A stretch of 64,000 bases of DNA from a virus (taxonomy: Duplodnaviria; Caudoviricetes). A program made the position numbers and the translations under genes. The notes beneath the pieces were generated by a model that saw only the letters and a list, made by a program, of their open reading frames with translations, did no database searches and was not told the origin of the DNA. Every line of letters starts with the position of its first letter. Positions within the stretch are counted from its first letter, which is position 1. The stretch spans positions 533 to 64,532 of the IMG/VR virus record IMGVR_UViG_3300042892_001369; one strand, given 5' to 3'. Below are positions 1 to 10,753 of this stretch, in pieces.

Positions 1-208
1 TACAATCTAAATCAGTACTACCCGTTAAGGTATTAAAATTTACAACAAGTTCATTACCTAATATTGTTTGCAATGCTCCAACGTCTGAATTTTCTGACTT
101 ACTTATTTGAAGGTTTATAGCATTTCGATATTCATTTTCAGGCAACAGCCTGTCATCAATATCTTTATTCATTCTACCTCCCGTGAAGTTATTTGTAGTT
201 TCTGCCAT
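1..208 (-). CDS. N-terminus of a large tail (muzzle/stabilization-type) protein, runs off the left edge
   Basis: Manual translation from the ATG at 208 gives MAETTNNFTGGRMNKDIDDRLLPENEYRNAINLQISKSENSDVGAL, open to the edge. It resembles the N-termini of crAss-like tail stabilization proteins and follows the tail genes. Confidence 0.7.
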   Translation of the reverse strand, partial: MAETTNNFTGGRMNKDIDDRLLPENEYRNAINLQISKSENSDVGALQTILGNELVVNFNTLTGSTDLDC

Positions 209-214
209 TATATT

Positions 215-1450
215 TTAATGTTTTATCCATTTTGATTTGCCTCTCATAACCTGTACAATTTCATGTAGTTTGATATTAGACAAACGTAATTTTGCATTTC
301 TTAATTTAGTAAATTTTTCTTTATTAAATCTTTGTACAAGGTATTCTGGTGAATCTCTTCGAGTAGCAATAACTGCGTGTAATATATAAGCATACATTGC
401 ATCTTCTGCCATTTTAGGAACTCTTGTATCTAAGTCATAAGCCAATCCATCAGATATATAGTCCAATGTTATAATCATCTTATGTAGATTGCTTGAAAAA
501 GATACTTTGCCTTCTCTATCGTTTATTGTAAACCAACCATTACCTTGAGCATATTGAGGATCTAATCCATATTGTCTTCCAACAATACCAAAGTTATCCC
601 AACCATAATCATAAATATCTAGTCCATTGTTGTAATTAACCGCATTAGCCAGGTATGTACCATTAAGCATATCTGTATTGGCTCTTCTCCAACGTTCCTC
701 AATGATAGGCTCTGTGTTAATGTTGTTATTAAAACTGTCTTGTATTTCGACTCCTAAATCGTCCTGTAAAGGAGCTTCTGATGGATTAGAAGTTAAGTTA
801 TTGGCTGGATAGATTGGATGCTTCACACCTTGTCTATCGATCCAGTACATACCAACATAGTTAACATAATCCTGTGGTAATACGACGCTTAGTGAATGAG
901 GGATCGTTAATTCCTGAGATTTGATACTTTTCAATGTATCATAACTAAATTCTTGCATTGCACGTTTAGCGTGAAATATAACATCTGTTCTTTTTACATC
1001 AGATATAATTTTCCCAGCACCAACATAAGCAACCATAAAATTGTTTATTACGTCTACTAATTTAGTATATTGGTATCCCCCGTAATTTTCTTCAACAGTT
1101 GTGCCATAGGCATCATCATCTCCATAATTACCACCTGTTAATATTTTTAATTGTACAACTATATATTCTCCGTCAGCGGGAACATAAGTTGTAAATGATA
1201 TTACATTATTATTTACGGTATATACTTCAAAACATTCGGTATATGTACCCGGTAGCCCTGTAGGACTAGTGAATAGCTTAAAGTTATTTAATGCGTAATT
1301 CTCGCTATTAGGATCATACGAATAAAAAACTAAGCTTGTATTAAAAGTTGTTTCAAATTGAGTTGTGGAATTATCACCAATGAAGCCCTGGGCTCCTTCA
1401 TAATATTGTCTATTAGTTTCGGTGATTAACCCTCCGTTTGGCATTGGCAT
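215..1450 (-). CDS. Virion structural protein, probable tail ring/tubular protein
   Basis: 411-aa ORF downstream of the capsid genes; the LPQDYVNYV segment is typical of podoviral tail tubular/ring proteins. Confidence 0.6.
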   Translation of the reverse strand: MPMPNGGLITETNRQYYEGAQGFIGDNSTTQFETTFNTSLVFYSYDPNSENYALNNFKLFTSPTGLPGTYTECFEVYTVNNNVISFTTYVPADGEYIVVQLKILTGGNYGDDDAYGTTVEENYGGYQYTKLVDVINNFMVAYVGAGKIISDVKRTDVIFHAKRAMQEFSYDTLKSIKSQELTIPHSLSVVLPQDYVNYVGMYWIDRQGVKHPIYPANNLTSNPSEAPLQDDLGVEIQDSFNNNINTEPIIEERWRRANTDMLNGTYLANAVNYNNGLDIYDYGWDNFGIVGRQYGLDPQYAQGNGWFTINDREGKVSFSSNLHKMIITLDYISDGLAYDLDTRVPKMAEDAMYAYILHAVIATRRDSPEYLVQRFNKEKFTKLRNAKLRLSNIKLHEIVQVMRGKSKWIKH

Positions 1451-1456
1451 ATTTCC

Positions 1457-2203
1457 TTAGTTTTTAGAGTTAATTTCTTCTGCTTGTGATTTCTGTGCGG
1501 CTACTTGTATAATTTCTGGATCCCTAATTATAACCCCAGCATATAAAAGTATTTTGGTTATTACATTTGTTTGCTCTGAAGGATCTAAATCAAATTGAAC
1601 AGAATTTGGAGGCGAATATATATATGGACCAGTAGTCCACGGCACTCCACCTATCCCTGTATATCCCCATATAACGTTATTCGGTTTTCTAATATAAGAA
1701 ACACTTATAATATTATTTCCAGTTATATCTTTTGGATAAACATATATGCGCGGTAATGTTGGTGTTGTGCCAATAGTGCCTAACGTTGCATTCTCATATA
1801 AATATACCGGAAATTGTTTTGATGGTTTTGTAAGGGGAGATAAATTAAGATACAATAGTTGATCTTTTTGAACTCGTTCAATTTCTATCTCATCTTTGTA
1901 TATTACAGTACCAAGCTTATGTAGATTTGCCGGCACAACAAAATGGTCAGTACTAAATGTACAATTACCAGCTGTTTTAAATATAGACAATAAACTATCT
2001 ATATTTTTTTGTCTATCGGCGTATTCCGTATTAGCTTGTGGAACTCTTAATTGTTGGTTTAAATCATCAAAATAAGACTCAAATATTTCTAATTGCACTT
2101 GAGTTGCTACTTTATTAAACTCATCAGGAGTCATATACCCTCTCTGTTCTTTATTAAGAATGGAAAGGACTGTTTTGTAAACTGTATCTACGTTTATTGC
2201 CAT
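1457..2203 (-). CDS. Probable tail ring/adaptor protein
   Basis: 248-aa ORF with N-terminal NKEQRGYMTPDEFN, resembling crAss-like ring proteins; structural gene context. Confidence 0.6.
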   Translation of the reverse strand: MAINVDTVYKTVLSILNKEQRGYMTPDEFNKVATQVQLEIFESYFDDLNQQLRVPQANTEYADRQKNIDSLLSIFKTAGNCTFSTDHFVVPANLHKLGTVIYKDEIEIERVQKDQLLYLNLSPLTKPSKQFPVYLYENATLGTIGTTPTLPRIYVYPKDITGNNIISVSYIRKPNNVIWGYTGIGGVPWTTGPYIYSPPNSVQFDLDPSEQTNVITKILLYAGVIIRDPEIIQVAAQKSQAEEINSKN

Positions 2204-2226
2204 TTTTTTGTTTTTATTATAATATT

Positions 2227-2264
2227 TAGGCAGCTACCGCGTTTATCTACGCAATAGCCGCCTA
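2227..2264 (-). terminator. Intergenic stem-loop (terminator or processing site)
   Basis: Minus strand TAGGCGGCTATTGCGT...ACGCGGTAGCTGCCTA forms a long stem with G-U pairs between two ORFs. Confidence 0.5.
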
Positions 2265-2281
2265 TATATTAGTATTACGTA

Positions 2282-3046
2282 TTATTGAAGTTTTTTCTCA
2301 ATAGACTGGAAGATCTCTATACCTTCATCTGTTTTGAAAAATGCTGCCATAGCCGAATACGGGTTTTCATCAAAAGGAACGGTCATTAATTTTTTACCGT
2401 TTGTTGCCCATTTGAAATCACGTTGATCAGGTGACAACTTTATAATGTTAGCCTCGCATGCTTTAATAGCAAAATTACGTAGCTGAATATTTTCATCATT
2501 AACCAAATCTAAGAATAAACTTGGGTTTCTTTTAGCAAAGATCAACAAATCTCTTTTTATCTCCTTAGAAGCCATCTTAGATACCTTAGATCCAATTTCA
2601 ACTCTTAGTATTGCTTCTGCTTGATCAACATCCATAGCTTTAGCTGCAGTCATTGCTTCTAATTCCATTTCCAATGTATCAAGTTCGTCCACCGCGCTAA
2701 GTACTGCATCGAATTCACGATACTTTCTATTTAACATAGGATGGAAAAGTGATAAAAGTTTTTGTAAATTTTGCTTTTCTTTTGGAACCGTTAGTATTCC
2801 ATCACTAAACATAATATGGCCTAATGTAGCCTCCCCTTTTTGTTCATCAACAAATGGAGAGTTTTGATTAGTTGCATACCTTAATTCTCTTTGTTCTCCC
2901 GTTTCTTCATCAAACCACAATAATGGAAATCTCCTTGAATGTCTTGATGAAATTGTGTATGTTAACGGAGTATGATGCCCTGTTAATAAATATGTTCTAT
3001 CTTTAACCTCCCAATTTTGAGGTTCGGTTTGTTTTAATTTTGACAT
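2282..3046 (-). CDS. Conserved virion/morphogenesis protein following the MCP gene
   Basis: 254-aa ORF directly downstream of the major capsid gene. Confidence 0.55.
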   Translation of the reverse strand: MSKLKQTEPQNWEVKDRTYLLTGHHTPLTYTISSRHSRRFPLLWFDEETGEQRELRYATNQNSPFVDEQKGEATLGHIMFSDGILTVPKEKQNLQKLLSLFHPMLNRKYREFDAVLSAVDELDTLEMELEAMTAAKAMDVDQAEAILRVEIGSKVSKMASKEIKRDLLIFAKRNPSLFLDLVNDENIQLRNFAIKACEANIIKLSPDQRDFKWATNGKKLMTVPFDENPYSAMAAFFKTDEGIEIFQSIEKKLQ

Positions 3047-3088
3047 GATATAATATAATTAATTATTTTTTTTTATTTCGAAAGTAAA

Positions 3089-3148
3089 AAAGAGTAAAAA
3101 TTACCCTCGTAATTTCAACGAGGGTAAAATTTACAATAATTTACTCTT
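3089..3148 (-). terminator. Stem-loop after the major capsid gene
   Basis: TTACCCTCGT/ACGAGGGTAA inner stem inside an AAGAGTAAA/TTTACTCTT outer stem, followed by a T-rich run on the minus strand. Confidence 0.7.
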
Positions 3149-3149
3149 A

Positions 3150-4616
3150 TTAAGATACAGATGTGAATAACACGAAGTTATTAGCACCTTGTACACATAA
3201 ACATCTTTCTGATAAGAAGTTTACCTCCATTGCATCTAAGTCAGAAGTGTAAGCACCACCAACAGATCCAAGTACCCAAGATTTCATTCTACGGTCATCA
3301 GCTTGTGAAGCTCTATAACGAACGTGTAAGAATGGTCTACGGATGTTTGTACCTAATACTTGATCATAAACTGTAGAAGTTCCAGCTGGAACCAATACTC
3401 CGTCAATAGCAGATTTAGTAACTGCTCCACGAGTAGAAGCATCATTCAAATATTTCCAGTCAGTTTTATAGAAATCGTAAGATCCTCTACGGAAACCAGA
3501 GAAACCTAAGTTCAATGCCATTTCAGAAGAGTTTTCAAATAATCCATAAGCAACCCCACCTTGAGCTCCAGAAGATAATGCAGCAAGCATATCATCAAAC
3601 TCTAATGAAGTTTGACGGTTTAAGAACAACATGTTTTCTTCAATAGCTCCCTGAGTATCTAAGTTTCTTAAGATTGAATCAAATTCAGCTAATCCAGCAG
3701 CAGCAGTAAAGTTGTTCAATACGTTACCTCTTTCTTCAACAGCTGCAAAAAGACCTTGTGTACCTTTTTTACCAGCGGTAGCTGCAGCAGACTGAATACC
3801 ACTGTTCTGAGTAGTTAAAGCTAATTCACCTTCAACAACCGACATTTCTAAGTAATCTTCAAAACGTAATCTTGTTTCAGATTCCGCTTTTAAATACCAC
3901 ATGAAACCACCAGCCCCATCTTCAGTAGCAATTTCTACCCAGCCAATCTGAGCAGTGTCAGAACCATTAACCGTATATTTGTTACGGATGATAATAGGAG
4001 AGTTGGAAAATTGTGTAAAGCTAGGCTCAATACTAGTATAGTTATCTCCGTCAAGAGAAAAAGATGATCCCTTTTTATATTCAGAACCATAAACGAATAT
4101 TTTAACTACATCACCAGCCGTAAAAGTAGGGGTTAAAGCAACGGTTGTATAGGAAGCAACATCTACATTAGTAGTAGATTGTGTTGGCTTACTAGTTACA
4201 ACTGCTTTTAATTCAACACCTGTAGTAGGGTTCATAATAACAATTGTCTGATTAATAGACAATACATTAGCTACGTAATCCTTAGGATTAGTAGGAGTAA
4301 GGTTAACAGGAATACTAATAGTATTTCCATCAACAATTTCTACATTATTATAAGCAATGTGTAATCTATTCTGTTCTGACCAAATAACCTGATCAGAAGC
4401 CATTGGCATCTCGGCTCCTACCATACGTAAGAAACCAGATAAAGTTCTATTACCATAACGCTCTACTTCTTGTTCGTAGATCTCTGGTAAATATTGTTGA
4501 GCGAAAGATACGAAATCCAAATTGTTAGGATCCGTAAAGTTTAAATAATTTGTATCTAAAGCTTGTTGCTTCTGGGACGGTTTAATGGTCCCAAAGTTAG
4601 GCGTAACATTTGCCAT
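3150..4616 (-). CDS. Major capsid protein
   Basis: 488 aa in the order terminase-portal-scaffold-this gene, followed by a strong hairpin; sequence resembles Bacteroidota podovirus MCPs (FAQQYLPEIYEQEVERYGNRT). Confidence 0.85.
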   Translation of the reverse strand: MANVTPNFGTIKPSQKQQALDTNYLNFTDPNNLDFVSFAQQYLPEIYEQEVERYGNRTLSGFLRMVGAEMPMASDQVIWSEQNRLHIAYNNVEIVDGNTISIPVNLTPTNPKDYVANVLSINQTIVIMNPTTGVELKAVVTSKPTQSTTNVDVASYTTVALTPTFTAGDVVKIFVYGSEYKKGSSFSLDGDNYTSIEPSFTQFSNSPIIIRNKYTVNGSDTAQIGWVEIATEDGAGGFMWYLKAESETRLRFEDYLEMSVVEGELALTTQNSGIQSAAATAGKKGTQGLFAAVEERGNVLNNFTAAAGLAEFDSILRNLDTQGAIEENMLFLNRQTSLEFDDMLAALSSGAQGGVAYGLFENSSEMALNLGFSGFRRGSYDFYKTDWKYLNDASTRGAVTKSAIDGVLVPAGTSTVYDQVLGTNIRRPFLHVRYRASQADDRRMKSWVLGSVGGAYTSDLDAMEVNFLSERCLCVQGANNFVLFTSVS

Positions 4617-4629
4617 AATTTTTTAAATT

Positions 4630-5820
4630 TTAATTGTTAAATTTGTTTTTGATTTTCAGTTTTGTAGAATCAACACCATTAATTGCTTTTACTTTAAAAC
4701 CATTTACAAATATTTCACCACTCGAAGTTTGTCTTGGAGCTGTATTTATATTATTTGACTTTGCTGTAATTTCTTTAATTGCGTCGGCTTTACCCTGCTC
4801 ATAAAAATGATGAGCTAAAGTATCTACGTTTTCAGCAGCATACATTGCCTTATGATAACCTTTCAAATCTGTTACTTCACCCTTATCATTCAAGAACTTC
4901 TTGACTAAGTTAGTAATATTTGATTGTTTATCTGCCACACTCTCTGCGTTTTGAACACCATATCTAAAATTCTTTTCACCTAATTTGAAATCAAAACCTT
5001 TGAAATCTTGGGTAAAGAAACTTTTCGTGTCGTTCTTAAACTTTGAATGTTGGCTTTCAACAACTTCCTGCTCTTGTTGGTAGCGATTAAAAAAGTCCAT
5101 TGCTTTTTGTTGATCTTTGTTTATACTTGGTCGTAACTTTACTTCCTCGTAATATTTAGACTTAAGATCTTCTAAAAAACCTTTGGCTTTTGCAACCTCT
5201 TCCTTAAACGCTAATTTCTTTTTACGAATTTCGCGTTCATCGTCCTCGTCTTCATCGTATGCAAATCGATCATCCATAAGAAAATCAATTTCATCTTCAT
5301 TTAGATGAGGTCTAGTTTTTTTATAATATTCTTTTAATAATAATTCACTATTAACATTAGAGTAATCAGCGTTAAGTCGAACATAATCTTCTACTGTTCC
5401 GCCCGTCTCTTCCATAAATGAAATTAACTTCTCTACATTTTCTGGCAATTGTTTACCTGTTGCTTCTGCTACACTAACGGCCTCCTGAGCTTCTTCGACT
5501 AATTCTTGTGCGCTCGCTGCAATCTCTTCTTCAGAAACTTCTTGCAAAGCATTTATTTGAATTACTTCTTCTTGCTGCGGGTCATTGTTTTGGGTAACGA
5601 TTGTGGGTTCGGTGTTTCCTTCATCCACTCTCGGCAATTCCACTTTGGTGATTTCATTGCCCAACACGCTTTCATTTGTTGTTTGCTCTTGAACGGCATT
5701 TTCTTCTGGTTTAGTTTGTAAATCAACTTTTGCCACCACAGCAGGTTTATTTAATTTACGAGGCGTGGCTTTTGGTTTTTGCATTTTGAAGCTACCTTCT
5801 TGTTTTACTTCTTCTGACAT
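4630..5820 (-). CDS. Capsid scaffolding-like protein
   Basis: Acidic low-complexity N-half and helical C-half; lies between portal and MCP. Confidence 0.65.
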   Translation of the reverse strand: MSEEVKQEGSFKMQKPKATPRKLNKPAVVAKVDLQTKPEENAVQEQTTNESVLGNEITKVELPRVDEGNTEPTIVTQNNDPQQEEVIQINALQEVSEEEIAASAQELVEEAQEAVSVAEATGKQLPENVEKLISFMEETGGTVEDYVRLNADYSNVNSELLLKEYYKKTRPHLNEDEIDFLMDDRFAYDEDEDDEREIRKKKLAFKEEVAKAKGFLEDLKSKYYEEVKLRPSINKDQQKAMDFFNRYQQEQEVVESQHSKFKNDTKSFFTQDFKGFDFKLGEKNFRYGVQNAESVADKQSNITNLVKKFLNDKGEVTDLKGYHKAMYAAENVDTLAHHFYEQGKADAIKEITAKSNNINTAPRQTSSGEIFVNGFKVKAINGVDSTKLKIKNKFNN

Positions 5821-5852
5821 AATATAATAATATAAAATTGGTTAATATTCTT

Positions 5853-8255
5853 TTACATAAGACCAAAATCAAATTCACTTACTCCGTTATTTTCAAAATC
5901 TTTTGGCATAGTATTGTTTTTTCTTTGCTCAATTAATTCCGATTGTTGTGTAGCTTGTATTTTTGTTCTTTGATCTTTTCTATCTTCTGCTTGTTGCAGT
6001 TTTTGATTAGCAATATCCACTTGTAATTTTGCTAATTCGAAATCGTATTGAAATTGTTCTGCCATAAGCAGTTTTTTAATTTCTAATTCTTGTTGCATTC
6101 TTTGCATCTCAAATTGAGATTTTGATTGCAGTACTTGTATTTCTGTTTGCGCTAACGCTTCTCTTTTTTGAACTTCTGCCATTGCAGCCGCTTCTGAAGC
6201 TTGCGCTTGAGCCTCACCCTGCGCTTTAATCATTGCTTGTTGATTTGCTTGATCTTTTTCTTGCCTTTTCTTCTTTTTGAATTTTAAAGCTTGATTAGCT
6301 AAATCTATATTTGTTATTCTGTTTAAATCAATAACATCTTCGAGATCTATATTACCCGCCTGCAAAGCTATTTGTATGTTTCTTTGGAATGCTGCTTTTT
6401 CTTCTTCCTCTGGCTCTAATTCAAGGAATATACCAAAGTCGTGCAAATTAAGATTTTCAATTTCTCTTAATGTTTCAGCATTAAATAAAGATATGCTCTC
6501 TATCAATGATTGTTTTGTTAATGGGAAATTAAGTGAATCCGCAATTCTTAATGATATATTCTCACAAGTTCTTAATGTTAAATATAAACTCGCATCTTTA
6601 ATATGTCTTGTGGCTGTATTTGAATTTGCTGCGGCCATTTTTTGTAATCCTACTAATGCATCTGGATCAGGAGTGCTTCCGTCTCTTGCTTCATTTAATC
6701 CGGTAACATCACGTATCATTTGTAAGTAATACTGATATGTGCCTATCAATGCTTGTATCTTAGCGTTTCCGTTTGATGTTTGTAATTCTTGAATTGGTAC
6801 TTTGCCAGGATTCATTCCTCCGTCTTGGGACATAGAACGACCAACAATACTACCGGTTTGGAAATACATATTTAAAGCTTCCGCTGGATTATAATTTGTT
6901 CCGTTACCTAAATCAACTTCGGCTAATCCATCAACATCGACAAATACTCCATCGGGAACCATTCTTGATAATACTTGTTGTAATTTAAGATGTGTTAACT
7001 GAACCATATCAGCAAAAGTAGTTGTTCTACTTACCAATGATTCAATTCTACCTTTATACATTCTTGGTGCGCAAATGTTATAATTCATTTGTACTTTTGT
7101 TGTATCAGCAAATGGCCTAGTCATATTTTCAGCTAACTTCCATTCTAACATTTTTTCAAATCCAAGAATCTTGGCGCCTGAATATAATACCTCTATACTT
7201 CTTGATACTCTTTTAAAGTTATCATTTTCTGGAGGATTAAAACTATCGTCTTTCTCTATGGCTTTTTCCAGCCCTTGCTCATTATATTTTATTTTAAATA
7301 CTTGATTTGAATATGTTTTGTATTCAAAATATAGTACCTGAACGGTTGTATTATCATTGCTTTGTCCAGGGTAATTACGAATATAATTCATATCGCCTGG
7401 ATATTTCTCAATCTCTTTTAAATCTTCATCAGATAAATATGGAAATTGTTTCTTTAATTCTTCTAGACTAATAGCCTTAACTTCTCCAACATAATAAACA
7501 TCTTCAAAGTTAGGATCTTCCGTATAAGAATATACTAAGTTAGCTGGATCAACATAATCAATAACAATTCCATTAGCAGGATTCCATGATGTTTTAGCAC
7601 ATGCAATACCTATAACTGTTAAATCATAATTAAGTCTCCTAGCAATTAGATCATACTTATTTGTTGCTAATACCTGGTTTATAACCTCTTCCTCTGCAAT
7701 TTCAATAGATGGTTTATAGTCAAGCTGCAAACGCATTTCTAATTCTTCGGTAGATTCCGGCAAATCTTCTGGGTTTGGAGAATTGAATAAATTTACGCCT
7801 AGCTTGCTCTGTATTTGACCAAGCAATTCGCGAGCCATCATATCTCTAATAATACCTGCAGCATAATCTGTTTTTGCTTTTGTTGAAGCAGGATCTTGAG
7901 CATAAGCTTTTATACTATAACTCTTATTCGATATACCGTTAACAACAATGTCAACAAACTTAGGTAAAACAGGAATTGGTTTCCAATCTAAATTCAAATA
8001 AGACAAATCACCGTTAATTGATAATTCATCTTTATATTTCTGTATAGGTTGTTCACCTCTAGCGTAGAGTCTTAGTCTATGGAAGTTTTGCCAATTAGAA
8101 CCAAATCTATCATTGCCGGCTCCTCCAACTCTATCTCCTCTAAACCATTCGTTTTCAATAGCTCTACCAACTAAAGCTCCGTATTCGAGTGATTCCTTTA
8201 CGCTATCCGGTACTACCTGACTTGGAAAAGAACTGTTACTATTAGTATAAATCAT
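5853..8255 (-). CDS. Portal protein
   Basis: 800 aa directly after the terminase; long Q/E/K/A-rich coiled-coil C-terminus typical of podoviral portals. Confidence 0.85.
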   Translation of the reverse strand: MIYTNSNSSFPSQVVPDSVKESLEYGALVGRAIENEWFRGDRVGGAGNDRFGSNWQNFHRLRLYARGEQPIQKYKDELSINGDLSYLNLDWKPIPVLPKFVDIVVNGISNKSYSIKAYAQDPASTKAKTDYAAGIIRDMMARELLGQIQSKLGVNLFNSPNPEDLPESTEELEMRLQLDYKPSIEIAEEEVINQVLATNKYDLIARRLNYDLTVIGIACAKTSWNPANGIVIDYVDPANLVYSYTEDPNFEDVYYVGEVKAISLEELKKQFPYLSDEDLKEIEKYPGDMNYIRNYPGQSNDNTTVQVLYFEYKTYSNQVFKIKYNEQGLEKAIEKDDSFNPPENDNFKRVSRSIEVLYSGAKILGFEKMLEWKLAENMTRPFADTTKVQMNYNICAPRMYKGRIESLVSRTTTFADMVQLTHLKLQQVLSRMVPDGVFVDVDGLAEVDLGNGTNYNPAEALNMYFQTGSIVGRSMSQDGGMNPGKVPIQELQTSNGNAKIQALIGTYQYYLQMIRDVTGLNEARDGSTPDPDALVGLQKMAAANSNTATRHIKDASLYLTLRTCENISLRIADSLNFPLTKQSLIESISLFNAETLREIENLNLHDFGIFLELEPEEEEKAAFQRNIQIALQAGNIDLEDVIDLNRITNIDLANQALKFKKKKRQEKDQANQQAMIKAQGEAQAQASEAAAMAEVQKREALAQTEIQVLQSKSQFEMQRMQQELEIKKLLMAEQFQYDFELAKLQVDIANQKLQQAEDRKDQRTKIQATQQSELIEQRKNNTMPKDFENNGVSEFDFGLM

Positions 8256-8258
8256 TTA

Positions 8259-10478
8259 TTATATTATTTTTGAAGTATTGCCATTATTGTCGTATTTCTT
8301 AAAATTCAAAGGCACTGCTCTTTTCTGTACCTCGTAAACAGGAGAGTACAGATGCCTATTACATGCCATTATAGCTAAGCCCGAACTAATAGAGGCGTCA
8401 TGCTTTGTTCTATCATTGATATTAAACCTTGCCCAGTCATTTAGTGTCTTTTGAAAATACATATCTCCGTGATAATCACCTTGGATCCCAACATAGTTTT
8501 CTATATATGTTTCAATTGCTGCTGCGTGAGCTTGTATAATATCTTGACCTGAGTTAGGTATACCACCAATTTCTTTTTCTGTTGGTGATAATTTGTTCCA
8601 TGTTTTATCTGGTCTATTCATTGAAAAACCTCTATATCCTCTTCGCTTAAAATAATATAACAATCGAGCTTTATTATTCTCTGCTAATATAGGCATACCA
8701 TAAAACACACAAGCCATTAATACTTCTTCAAAGAATATTTCTGCCGTTTGTGGTCTGGCTACATATTCAAGAAAGAAATGGTTTGCGGGTATGTTTTCCA
8801 TTGAAAATTTTGTTAACCCATGTAAAGCTCCATTAGAACCTCTTGTGTCAACTGTTCCTGATATATCATAACTATCACAGCCAAAAGCACCACAGTGCTC
8901 ATTACCAGGATATTTGATACCATCTTTTATTATTACGCGGTTTTGCAAGTATTTATCGGGAACCCAGCTAATTAAGAATCTTCCATCTTGGCTTGGGTAA
9001 AATATTACTTTTGAATCTTGTATTCCGTTTTCCCATTGAAAACTTCCACGAGTAATAACATTTGTATTTCTTAAATCATCGTTATAATCAATCTGCTCAT
9101 ATATCTTTGTCAAATTGAATAATGATTGTTTTGTTTCGTCTCTAAAAGCGTGTTGTTCTGTTCTTGGGAACTGACGGTAATATTCATTTAATGCATCAGA
9201 ATCGCCTTTTAAACCTTCAACTTCATTTTGCCAATGCTCAATTACTCCTGTTTCAATCCAGTTACCATCAACCCCTTTTATTGGTTTTGACGGAGTATCG
9301 AAGACAGGTAAGCCATAAGTATCAATGAATCCCTCGTACGACCATTCCATAGGTATGAACAAACTATATAATCCTGAAGCAGTCTGTCCATTGCGGTTTC
9401 TTTTCGTAACATCTGAATTGTAATAAAGTTTCTTAAAGTTTTCTCCTCCTTTATCTAAAGCATTTGATGTTGATCCCATCATACACTTACCGATAATTCT
9501 CGATCCTAATCGTAAACAGGTCTTAGTAACACGCCAGTTATTTAATATATTATCAGGTCGTTCCCATTTACCACTTTCATCATGTACCAGTAACTTTAAC
9601 TTTTCACCATCATAGGAGTTGTCCCCTGTGTTCTTCCAGTCAATAGTTGTATCTAATCCATCTAACTCTTCTAACTTTTCATTAGTATCGAGTTTTTTAC
9701 GTGTAAGCTTTGACGCAGGTATTCTATATGCTAATTCTGTTTTTGGTCTATCCATACCATCTTGGATAGGTTTAAAAAAGAATGGGTAATTTATAGATAT
9801 TGGCACTACTTTGTCTGTGAACATCTTTTTAGCATCTGCCCCTGACTTAGAAAGTATACCGTATCTGGAATCGCTTGATATAGTTGCTTGATTAACTAGC
9901 TCAGCAGATGACATAAATGAAAACCCGGAACGTCTATTCTTTAAATAAGACATACCGTAACATCTATTATCTGCTTTACAAGCTTCCCAGAATATAAAGA
10001 ACAATCTATTAGATTCTCTGAAATCTGGTGCACCAATATCTATCTTGCTCCATTGCAAGTACATGTAGTGTGTCCCTGTTATATAAGTAGGTTTCCCATT
10101 ATTATAAAAAGCAAAACCTTCTTCTCTATACTTAAATTCTTGATCGATGTAATCATACCAGTGCTCTTTAAAAGCTTCCGGGTATTTATTCCAATCAAAA
10201 ACATTTTTTATTTTTGATATTTCTTTTGGAATTTCTAATTGTTCCCAATATTGATCTTCCTGTTTATTAGATCTTTTATATGCTCCATCTATTAAAGGTA
10301 AAGCAATTTTAAGATTCTGTATTTCGTATATTTCACCAATCTTTCCAGTCTTACTAATAACAACAACATCATGTTCCCGGTTATATCCGTATTCCCATTT
10401 GTTGTGTCTATTCTTTTGCTTTATTATATTAGGTCTAATATGATCGGTAATTTCTCTATATAAAGTTTGTTCGTACAT
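8259..10478 (-). CDS. terL: Terminase large subunit
   Basis: Walker A-like LKNRRSGFS, Walker B LLVHDESGKW, motif III MGSTSN, RNase H-like nuclease FGCDSYD and C-terminal HDASISSGLA. Confidence 0.92.
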   Translation of the reverse strand: MYEQTLYREITDHIRPNIIKQKNRHNKWEYGYNREHDVVVISKTGKIGEIYEIQNLKIALPLIDGAYKRSNKQEDQYWEQLEIPKEISKIKNVFDWNKYPEAFKEHWYDYIDQEFKYREEGFAFYNNGKPTYITGTHYMYLQWSKIDIGAPDFRESNRLFFIFWEACKADNRCYGMSYLKNRRSGFSFMSSAELVNQATISSDSRYGILSKSGADAKKMFTDKVVPISINYPFFFKPIQDGMDRPKTELAYRIPASKLTRKKLDTNEKLEELDGLDTTIDWKNTGDNSYDGEKLKLLVHDESGKWERPDNILNNWRVTKTCLRLGSRIIGKCMMGSTSNALDKGGENFKKLYYNSDVTKRNRNGQTASGLYSLFIPMEWSYEGFIDTYGLPVFDTPSKPIKGVDGNWIETGVIEHWQNEVEGLKGDSDALNEYYRQFPRTEQHAFRDETKQSLFNLTKIYEQIDYNDDLRNTNVITRGSFQWENGIQDSKVIFYPSQDGRFLISWVPDKYLQNRVIIKDGIKYPGNEHCGAFGCDSYDISGTVDTRGSNGALHGLTKFSMENIPANHFFLEYVARPQTAEIFFEEVLMACVFYGMPILAENNKARLLYYFKRRGYRGFSMNRPDKTWNKLSPTEKEIGGIPNSGQDIIQAHAAAIETYIENYVGIQGDYHGDMYFQKTLNDWARFNINDRTKHDASISSGLAIMACNRHLYSPVYEVQKRAVPLNFKKYDNNGNTSKII

Positions 10479-10753
10479 TATTTAGACCTCCCTTCTGCAA
10501 AACCCTTGAAAACTTTTGTTTCAGTAGTATTTTCTGCTTCGTCCATCATTCGCTCTTCTTCTTGAATGCGACTTAATATTTCAAAGGCATCAAAGATTGC
10601 AAGCTTTTTTGTGGCTGCTGCATTTTTTAATTTGTCAGCGGATAAATCATCTTCTCCGTTTTCGAGGATAGCTTCTTCGGCTACTTTGATTAATTCTAGT
10701 ACAGCTTTATGACCAGCGACTATTATATTCCTCTTCGTCTCCTTTATATCCAT
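10478..10753 (-). CDS. Small helical protein, possible terminase small subunit
   Basis: 91 aa, translationally coupled immediately upstream of terL; assignment is positional only. Confidence 0.4.
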   Translation of the reverse strand: MDIKETKRNIIVAGHKAVLELIKVAEEAILENGEDDLSADKLKNAAATKKLAIFDAFEILSRIQEEERMMDEAENTTETKVFKGFAEGRSK